DNA from: Candidatus Thorarchaeota archaeon
GTDB lineage: Archaea; Asgardarchaeota; Thorarchaeia; Thorarchaeales; Thorarchaeaceae
Assembly (NCBI GenBank): GCA_029858305.1
Contig: JAOUFI010000007.1
Span: forward strand, 763 to 64,762
Direction of reading: 5' to 3'
Length of the DNA: 64,000 bases
Below the pieces are notes generated by a model. The model ran no database searches. It saw only the letters and a program-made list of their open reading frames with translations, and was not told where the DNA came from. Position 1 is the first letter of the stretch, and each line of letters begins with the position of its first letter. Below, one piece after another: positions 56,775-64,000 of this stretch. Made by a program: the position numbers and the translations under genes.

Positions 56775-56838
56775 CATAGAATGAATATAAGTAGTGAACA
56801 ATCTTTGAACTACATTGTGGTCTGCGCTACAAACTTGA
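56775..56838. repeat. 64-bp dispersed promoter cassette, copy B
   Basis: 59/64 identical to 11147-11210. Confidence 0.9.
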
Positions 56839-56973
56839 CTGGTAATGTCTTTGATAGATTGTGTAGATCGAAAAATCCACAGCCCACATCGTGAGATAAA
56901 TGACCCTTGTTGATCTTTGAATCTACAGATTGCTCTATAAGTCATGTACTAGTGAAAGTTTTCGGATGAGAAA

Positions 56974-58227
56974 TTGGCAATTACGTCTTGGATTCCTGTC
57001 ATTGTCCTTGCAATCGTCTTTTCAATGATTGCCATCAGAAAAATTGGTAATGTCCGAGTAAAGATCTGGCAAGCAATGACCATTGGAGCAATAGCAGTTT
57101 TATTGACAGGTCAAATTTCACCGTTCGATGCTCTTTCCTCAATCAACATTGACGTGATGCTATTTCTCTTTGGTATGTTTGTTGTAGGGGAAGCAATGCA
57201 GAGAAGTGGTTATCTCAATATCTTATCATTCAAACTATTTCATCATGCCAAGAATGCGAATCATCTGGTTCTACTAATTCTTTTTCCAATAGGTCTATTG
57301 TCGGCAATTCTAATGAATGACACTCTAGCAATCATCGGTACACCTGTCATGCTGAGTATCTCAAAAAGACAGAACATTTCTTCCAAGCTTCTTCTTATGG
57401 CATTAGCTGTAGCAGTCACGACAGGAAGTGTTCTAAGCCCCATTGGTAATCCTCAGAATCTCTTAATAGCAAGCTCTGGTATAACAAACCCGTTTGTGTC
57501 TTTTCTACAGTATCTGTTCTTGCCTACATTAGTTTCATTGGCAGTTGCCTTCCTCATTCTGAAGATATTCTATAGAAAGCACTTCAAGTCTGAAGTTGTC
57601 CTTGAAAACTTTGATACTAGTACACCTGATGATGGGTTGATCAAAATAGCTAAGCTGTCATTGGGCCTGCTTGTGATTCTTATTGTAGTGAAAATAATCC
57701 TTGGGATAGTAGCGCCATGGATAGATCTAAGACTATCGTACATAGCTCTCATTGCCTCGGTGCCAATTCTCCTACTAAGCAATCAAAGAGTGAAGATTGT
57801 CAAAAGCATCGACTGGTCCACACTACTATTCTTTGCTTCCATGTTTGTCCTGATGGCAAGTGTCTGGTTGAGTGGCTTTTTCCAAGAACTTCTGATTAAT
57901 CTTAGTCTGGACGTAACTTCAATTCCAATAATAATGATAATCGGTGTATCGTTCAGCCAATTAATTTCAAATGTACCTCTTGTTGCCTTGTATCTTCCTC
58001 TCCTCACAATTTCTGGCTCTACTATTCCTCAATTGATGGCGCTTGCCGCCGGAAGTACAATCGCAGGAAACATGCTTATTCTCGGCGCTGCTAGTAATGT
58101 GATTATCATACAGAATGCGGAGAAGCATGGAGAAACTCTAAGTTTCTTAGAATTTGCGAAAGTAGGGATCCCGCTTGTTGGTTTACAAACACTAGTGTAT
58201 CTACTATTCTTGGGTACGCTGGTTTGA
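56974..58227 (+). CDS. ArsB/NhaD (IT superfamily) anion transporter
   Basis: SAILMNDT, SPIGNPQNL, QLISNVP, LGAASNVI. Confidence 0.88.
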   Translation: MAITSWIPVIVLAIVFSMIAIRKIGNVRVKIWQAMTIGAIAVLLTGQISPFDALSSINIDVMLFLFGMFVVGEAMQRSGYLNILSFKLFHHAKNANHLVLLILFPIGLLSAILMNDTLAIIGTPVMLSISKRQNISSKLLLMALAVAVTTGSVLSPIGNPQNLLIASSGITNPFVSFLQYLFLPTLVSLAVAFLILKIFYRKHFKSEVVLENFDTSTPDDGLIKIAKLSLGLLVILIVVKIILGIVAPWIDLRLSYIALIASVPILLLSNQRVKIVKSIDWSTLLFFASMFVLMASVWLSGFFQELLINLSLDVTSIPIIMIIGVSFSQLISNVPLVALYLPLLTISGSTIPQLMALAAGSTIAGNMLILGAASNVIIIQNAEKHGETLSFLEFAKVGIPLVGLQTLVYLLFLGTLV

Positions 58228-58317
58228 TGAAGACAGTGCTTTCTTCGTTCCTTTACTAAAGGAGAAGCATTCTTTATTGTGGATGAATATTGTTTCTTTG
58301 CAAGCAGGTGATGGTAG

Positions 58318-58797
58318 ATGCATTCTCCAATCATTGAATTCCGAAGAGTGTCTAAAAGCGACGTTGATGCAATTGTAGATCTCTGGATGGACTCATCGAC
58401 ATACCACAAAGAACTCGACTCAAGACTAGCTGTTAGACCCGACGCAGCAAAACATGTCCGTGCATTCTTTTCAAAACTAATAACAGATGAAATAAACTAT
58501 TTTGCTGTTGCATCAGTGAACAATACAATAATCGGTTACATATGCGTTCTGATTCAAGAGCGTCCTCCTACTCATTTTGAGAAGACTTCCGGCTTTATCG
58601 ATGGTCTCTATGTCAGACCAGATTATAGGCGACAGGGTGTTGGTTCTGAACTCTATCAAATGGCACTAAAATGGCTTAAGGAGCATCACATCGAGAGCAT
58701 AAGATTAACAGTGTCTTCTAAAAATTCGATTGGCCAAGCTTTTTGGAACCGGCAAGGTTTCTCTGAACTCATGTACCTCATGCTTGCAACAATATGA
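58318..58797 (+). CDS. GNAT acetyltransferase
   Basis: LYVRPDYRRQGVG motif A, N..GQAFW..GF. Confidence 0.9.
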   Translation: MHSPIIEFRRVSKSDVDAIVDLWMDSSTYHKELDSRLAVRPDAAKHVRAFFSKLITDEINYFAVASVNNTIIGYICVLIQERPPTHFEKTSGFIDGLYVRPDYRRQGVGSELYQMALKWLKEHHIESIRLTVSSKNSIGQAFWNRQGFSELMYLMLATI

Positions 58798-58821
58798 TAT
58801 TGATTAAACAAACACATTAAA

Positions 58822-59895
58822 TCAGGCGGTCCAAAACATCCACTCACTATCAATTCTCTCGCCCATTAGTTTTCCCTTATCAAACCGTCGTTTCATAGTT
58901 GCGTAAATAATCTGATCCCTGTTCTTAGCTCTAGGATCTGCTTCCTTGATAGCTGTGATTACCTCTGACATTGACCTTTTGTTTGGTAACTTGAAGTAGC
59001 CTCCATTGATTAGACTGTTGACTGCCTTCGATGCTGACCAAGGATCTGGTTTCGAAGCTATCTCAGCTTCAAGTGACCTTCGTGCTTCTCCGAACTTGAG
59101 TTCCAGCTCATCCATGGAAACGCCAACAATGTCTATTTTATCAAGGTCCCCAATACCCAAGCCTCTCTCAACAAATGATTGGATTAACTGTGTTTTCAGT
59201 GGTTTAATACCCGCGAGGTGGAAACCGACTGCTTCGACTGCTACCGCATCACGCCCAACAAAGAGAAAATCCGTTCTAGTTCTAGCTCCCTTTCCCTTGA
59301 AGAACTGCGAGAAGTAGGTGGCATCCAAAACAGCCAAGTCGATGCCTCCAATGGCCTCATAAAGGGTGGTTAAGAGATTGAAGAATATCTCACTCTTATG
59401 ATACTGAACTTTTTTTCTTGTCGGAGGAAGACCAAAGAGATTCTTGAGGATGCTTCCCCTCTGATAGCTTCTCATAACATGCGTGTTGACAAAGACTCGA
59501 GGTTTCAGAATAATCTTTGCAAGGTCGATGACAACATCTCTGATGGGATTCGAAACCTTAACAGGGATGGTTTCTTCTTCGTCAGATAGGTTCACAGGGA
59601 TAACAGTATCTGAGAATAGCGATTCCCACACCTTTAGCCTATCAGTACCAGTTCCCTGATAGTTGTCAGTTTCAGCGAGGTACTTGTGTGGAGCACGCGA
59701 GAATGCTTTGATTATGCCATCAACAGTTTCGATTGTTGAGTACCATCCACTTTCTGGATAGAATACGCCTACTTTGATGACAACATCACGATCTGAAACA
59801 TCAATATCATCAATCCCGCCTAAGAGATTGCACGCATACTTCACAGCATTGCGTTTGCTCTCTCTAAGATTTACTGCTGCTACGACCGCATTCAA
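58822..59895 (-). CDS. DUF362-domain protein with C-terminal wHTH-like extension
   Basis: VVIK, ILKNLFG...K..YH, DAVAVE DUF362 blocks; about 75-aa helical tail ending in a beta-hairpin. Confidence 0.7.
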   Translation of the reverse strand: MNAVVAAVNLRESKRNAVKYACNLLGGIDDIDVSDRDVVIKVGVFYPESGWYSTIETVDGIIKAFSRAPHKYLAETDNYQGTGTDRLKVWESLFSDTVIPVNLSDEEETIPVKVSNPIRDVVIDLAKIILKPRVFVNTHVMRSYQRGSILKNLFGLPPTRKKVQYHKSEIFFNLLTTLYEAIGGIDLAVLDATYFSQFFKGKGARTRTDFLFVGRDAVAVEAVGFHLAGIKPLKTQLIQSFVERGLGIGDLDKIDIVGVSMDELELKFGEARRSLEAEIASKPDPWSASKAVNSLINGGYFKLPNKRSMSEVITAIKEADPRAKNRDQIIYATMKRRFDKGKLMGERIDSEWMFWTA

Positions 59896-60062
59896 CCCAA
59901 ACTATCACCTCAGTGCCACACCTGCGGCCTCTTCCTGATATCTCCTCTACTCATAGAATCCGAGCTACATAATTCTCGTTTAGACGCTCTTGGAATTTTC
60001 CTACCAACCAATAGTATTGTTATGCTCACAATCTTGAGATTAACATGTTGTTCTCAGTTTCA

Positions 60063-61268
60063 CTAAGAGTCCTGTTTCTGAAGTTGGGCTATTTTTTCTC
60101 TAACCTTATTCAACTCCCCAACGCGTTTCTTGACTCCTCCCTCAGCTTTATCGATTCTTTTTTGAATATTCTTGATTTTATCCTCAATCGTTGAAATCTC
60201 ACGTCTTCTACGATTTTCTGCCTTCTCATATTCCCCTTTTGCATCATCCCACTCTTGCTTTGCAAGTCTCATCTGTTCATTGATACTTTCATATTGTATC
60301 CTCTTGACCTCGGCTTTATTTTGGCTCTCCCTAACACGAGCGTCTAGTTGTGAGCTTATGGCAATTTGATTAGCAGTGACAAGTTGAACCTCCCTATGGA
60401 GATTTCTTAGTTCAGTCAGGAAATCCTTGATTTTTCCATCTTGAAGATCCTCTGAATTTGTTATGCAGGACATTATTGCATCCATCTCTTGTCCGGGAGT
60501 TTCTTGCACTACAGTCAGTGGAGCAATATTAGCAGGTTCAATAGTGGAGGGCATTGTCGTAGCCAAAGTTTCTGGGCTTTTTCGAGGTTGCCGCTCCATC
60601 ATGGTGGTTTGCCTCTCTTGCGGTATTGAACGACTCTGAGGAGCTACCATTGAATCTGGTGGTTCTTTCCTAGATTGCGGTGATGCGATTATTGGAGCAG
60701 GTGTGGATGGAATTCTTTCTTTTTCTTCGAAGGTCTGCATTGGGATCGATTTTGGTGCAACAGCAAGAGGTTTTTCATGTACTGTATTCGTTGCTCTTTG
60801 GATGGTTTGGCTTGGTGCCCTCTCAATTGGATGTTGAGGAGTCTGGGGCTGAGAAGACACGTCCTGCATGAGTTCTCTTACCTCACTTGCTCTGAGCATT
60901 CTGGTTTCAACAATGTCTCCTCCCTCCTCTTGAATACCGACTTTTTCTGCTCTAGCAAATGCTTCCTTCGCCTTTTCCATCTCGGACTTTCCTCTACTGG
61001 AAGATGATGTTCTCATTCTATCCCTGGATATCTCGCTTGGTTTCACCCATTGGTCGCCCGATGTGACGCTAGGCGTTGTGGATACTGGTTTAGCTGGTAC
61101 TTCTGGTTCTGGGTATGATTTTGATTTGTCAATCTCAGATCTGCTTGTTGCTTCTACAGGTGTTTTTATTGATTCGTCAACTTTCGTGGTAAAAAGAGGC
61201 TTGCCACAACGAACGCAATATTTCCTTATTGGATTGTTTGCCTTTCCACAGCTTGCACAAGTTCTCAC
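60063..61268 (-). CDS. Zn-ribbon + disordered linker + coiled-coil protein
   Basis: CASC...CVRC N-terminus, P/S/T/Q-rich middle, heptad-rich C-terminal 120 aa or so. Confidence 0.75.
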   Translation of the reverse strand: MRTCASCGKANNPIRKYCVRCGKPLFTTKVDESIKTPVEATSRSEIDKSKSYPEPEVPAKPVSTTPSVTSGDQWVKPSEISRDRMRTSSSSRGKSEMEKAKEAFARAEKVGIQEEGGDIVETRMLRASEVRELMQDVSSQPQTPQHPIERAPSQTIQRATNTVHEKPLAVAPKSIPMQTFEEKERIPSTPAPIIASPQSRKEPPDSMVAPQSRSIPQERQTTMMERQPRKSPETLATTMPSTIEPANIAPLTVVQETPGQEMDAIMSCITNSEDLQDGKIKDFLTELRNLHREVQLVTANQIAISSQLDARVRESQNKAEVKRIQYESINEQMRLAKQEWDDAKGEYEKAENRRRREISTIEDKIKNIQKRIDKAEGGVKKRVGELNKVREKIAQLQKQDS

Positions 61269-61418
61269 AGACCATTAATCTCCTACTTAACGCGATTAGA
61301 ACTATTCACAGCATAAGTAGTAAAGGTTTTCCAAAGCCTTTGAAACCTAGGAACTTGCTGTATTGTATTGAGAAATTCCTCTAGAACGCCCTCTGGAGAG
61401 CCATTCACCATTTTAGTT

Positions 61419-62966
61419 CTATTTACGCCGTCGATACAACAAAATGAGGACGACAGCAACTCCTGCGACCGCAATACCTCCTAACACAAGTGGATCCACA
61501 ATAATTGGCACCTGTTCCGGCGTAGTTGTTACTCCTCCAACAGTTGTGAAGACAAATCGTTCATAATACCAAACGTCATCTGAATCCAAGGCATACACTT
61601 CAAGGGTATGTTGTCCATTGACATTTGGAAGGCCCGTTAACTCTGTCTGATTCTCTTCAGAATCCCACGAATAATACTGCTGGCTTGGAACTTCACTGAA
61701 GTATATCTCGGGCAGTGTGTTTGGCTGATTTGAGCTCCCATTCCAGATTGCTCGAAGTTCTATCTCTAGTGGTCCTGTATAGGGTAACTGATAATTGTGA
61801 CCAATTGCGCCAGTGAGCATGATTGAAGATATGTTCAGATGATTGTAATTCATATCAATTCTGACATAATGAAAATATGCTCCGCCCCATTGTGTGTTGT
61901 ATACTGGCGCACCACCACCGCCAGTGATAATGTGAACGACGCCATTTACTGTGAGTCTATTGAACAAGTGGTCATGACCGCATATGAAAGCAGTCACATT
62001 ATTGTCCTCAAAGAGTTGCTGCAATCTGATTCTTTCTTCGGGATTACTATCAATCGAGTCTCCCAAATGACTCAATGGATACATTGGACGATGCCCAAAG
62101 ACGTACTTTATTGGGCTGTCGGTAGACTCAAGGTCATTGACTAGCCAAGTATATTGGTCACCAGTAATTCTACCTTCATTATTTTGTTCTTCTGTATCCA
62201 AAAGGATGTAATGAGCTCCAGCATAGTCAAATGAGAAGTAAGTGGAAGGTTCATCATATTGCTCGAATGCATCAAAGAAATATTCAAGCTTTAATGTTCC
62301 AGTCTTAGCTCCGGTGTCATGATTACCTACGACTGCATATATTGGTGCGTAGTGGCCCATTGAATCGCTGATATTTGTAAAAGCTGCCCAACCTGCAAGG
62401 TTGGTTTCGTGATTGTCACTAACATCAAGAACATAGTCACCAGTCATCAAAATGATATGGGGTTCCTCATCTATTATCATCTGAGCCATCTGTTTGAATT
62501 CTTCTGGTTGTAAATAGCTAATTGTTGTTGGCCGGTTATCGCCTATTACAATCATCTTAACATCATCTCCATCAGCAGGAGCTGTACGGAAATGATAAAG
62601 AGGGCTCTCGATGTTGTTTGAGGATACTTTGTAAAAGTACTTGGAATCTATATTCAATCCGTTTAGTCTAACACGGTGATCTGTATCCAAAGTGGTATTA
62701 GCAACTGTTTCTATGACTGATTCGTTCAGACCATACCAGACCGTAGCATTTGCCAGACCATCAGTTCGCCAAAATATCAATGCTGATTCGTTTGTCACCA
62801 TATTTACAGTAGGTCCTCTTACAAAAAATGGCACGTCTGCTAGTATTGCATTTGAATGCTGAATTGGTGTCTGACTATCACTACTAAACATGAATTTTAT
62901 AGGCACTGGACTTGCAAGAATAACTAACAGGATGATGGAGTACCACTTCACATGCATCGAGATCAC
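61419..62966 (-). CDS. Membrane-anchored extracellular metallophosphoesterase (purple acid phosphatase-like, FN3 domain)
   Basis: Signal peptide, FN3-like H.V.L.GL...KYFYKV, GDN, GDYV, GNHD, GH.H; C-terminal TM + RRRK. Confidence 0.85.
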   Translation of the reverse strand: MISMHVKWYSIILLVILASPVPIKFMFSSDSQTPIQHSNAILADVPFFVRGPTVNMVTNESALIFWRTDGLANATVWYGLNESVIETVANTTLDTDHRVRLNGLNIDSKYFYKVSSNNIESPLYHFRTAPADGDDVKMIVIGDNRPTTISYLQPEEFKQMAQMIIDEEPHIILMTGDYVLDVSDNHETNLAGWAAFTNISDSMGHYAPIYAVVGNHDTGAKTGTLKLEYFFDAFEQYDEPSTYFSFDYAGAHYILLDTEEQNNEGRITGDQYTWLVNDLESTDSPIKYVFGHRPMYPLSHLGDSIDSNPEERIRLQQLFEDNNVTAFICGHDHLFNRLTVNGVVHIITGGGGAPVYNTQWGGAYFHYVRIDMNYNHLNISSIMLTGAIGHNYQLPYTGPLEIELRAIWNGSSNQPNTLPEIYFSEVPSQQYYSWDSEENQTELTGLPNVNGQHTLEVYALDSDDVWYYERFVFTTVGGVTTTPEQVPIIVDPLVLGGIAVAGVAVVLILLYRRRK

Positions 62967-63034
62967 AAGCGATACAACACAAGTTGGTCCTATTAAAGGA
63001 TAGGTTCATTTAAACTCCATCAATGAACAAAAAA

Positions 63035-64000
63035 CTATTGAGCCTTCCTGTAGCCTGCCTGTTCCCGTGCAATCTCAAGAGGTGGTTTGAGATTCTTTGG
63101 GACTGGTGATTTGTATATCCTACCCGCTTTTCGTTTCACGAATTCGTCTTGAATCTTCTTAAGCACATCAGATTTAGTGATAAGATCTATTGCAGTCCCA
63201 GCCATGGTCTTTGCGGCGAACAAGAGTGACTTGTGACCAATTCCTGCTCCACTACACGCAACAACTTGCCAAGAGTGCCCTCCTATGCCTAGGACATGGG
63301 TTGAGGTCGTAAACTCTATCGTCGGAGCGACCCAACTCACGTCCCCCACATCTGTGGATCCTGGCCATACGATCCCCTCATCCCACGGATCCATAATCTC
63401 AGTGTCTATGTTGGTGTCTATCAAGTCTTCCCAACCAGGACGCCGTGATAGACGAAGCTCCTCCAATTTATCCTCTCGAGATACTGTAGCAGAGATCTCT
63501 TCTGCAAACTTCAATTCCTGTTTGGAATATTCTGGTGCGCCCACCTCTCTCATATTTGCTGTTACCATGTCACTAAGCCCTTTATTTGGAAGTAGATTGT
63601 AAACTCCTTCAATGAACTCCACGCTATGTGTTGTTCTAGCCATCAAATCGGCACCGTCTGCGATTCTTTGTACCCACTGATACAGTAGTTCGACCTGTTC
63701 CCGCGCCGGCGCTCTGATATAATACCAGCTTCTTGCATAGGGCGGTACAACATTCGGCTGCATCCCTCCCTCTTCGATGACATAATGAATCCGTGCTTCT
63801 TGGATAATATGTTCTCGCATGAAATTTACTCCTGTATTCATAAGTTCCACCGCATCAAGTGCACTTTTCCCTAGAAATGGTGTAAAAGCTGCGTGCGATG
63901 AAACTCCATGAAAATGAAACTTCACCGAGTTCACAGCCAAGGAGCTGCCAACGCCTGCTACATTCGAGCTTCCTGGATGGTGGCTCAATATAGCATCAGC
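63035..64000 (-). CDS. M20 amidohydrolase (AbgB-like), 5'-truncated by window edge
   Basis: Frame is open to the window end; FHGVSSHAA, SALDAVELM, PNVVP, GSTDVGDVSW..P. Confidence 0.85.
   Translation of the reverse strand, partial: ADAILSHHPGSSNVAGVGSSLAVNSVKFHFHGVSSHAAFTPFLGKSALDAVELMNTGVNFMREHIIQEARIHYVIEEGGMQPNVVPPYARSWYYIRAPAREQVELLYQWVQRIADGADLMARTTHSVEFIEGVYNLLPNKGLSDMVTANMREVGAPEYSKQELKFAEEISATVSREDKLEELRLSRRPGWEDLIDTNIDTEIMDPWDEGIVWPGSTDVGDVSWVAPTIEFTTSTHVLGIGGHSWQVVACSGAGIGHKSLLFAAKTMAGTAIDLITKSDVLKKIQDEFVKRKAGRIYKSPVPKNLKPPLEIAREQAGYRKAQ

Noticed and set aside
86-63602. Many short antisense or off-frame ORFs in the track (e.g. 2221-2442, 9256-9588, 18746-19132, 24176-24556, 53679-54071)
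   Set aside because: They lie wholly within well-supported genes and show no family motifs; they are shadow ORFs.
1-64000. tRNA, rRNA, integrase or transposase genes
   Set aside because: No cloverleaf, rRNA-like stretch or recombinase/DDE motif was recognised in any intergenic gap or ORF.

Overview
Archaeal chromosomal window, almost certainly from an Asgard archaeon (bona fide actin; moderate GC and gene content suggest Thorarchaeia, which is an inference). It is densely coding, and I found no rRNA, tRNA, CRISPR array, transposase or integrase. Left to right: an HdrA-MvhD/HdrC/HdrB cluster facing a double-length HdrA; an ABC-2 exporter operon; a dehydrogenase-FGGY kinase-class II aldolase-AOR catabolic operon; a metal ABC transporter with a NikR-type regulator; the proteasome/exosome superoperon (psmA to DHH) plus an ECF module; a class II photolyase; TPR and WD40 genes; a tandemly duplicated wHTH+orphan module; hutU/hutH/hutI; KEOPS/t6A and lipid genes; a cytoplasmic FG-GAP-like beta-propeller; a four-gene cluster (PriL-CTD-like Fe-S protein, SAMHD1-like HD hydrolase, RNase III-like protein, wHTH-CARF-like regulator) divergent from actin; and accessory genes after actin. 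The strongest unexplained signals are that four-gene cluster, a duplicated actin 3' end plus terminator bracketing a single inserted gene, a 64-bp promoter cassette present twice 45.6 kb apart, and the duplicated wHTH/orphan module. All family assignments come from motif recognition by eye, not from database searches.
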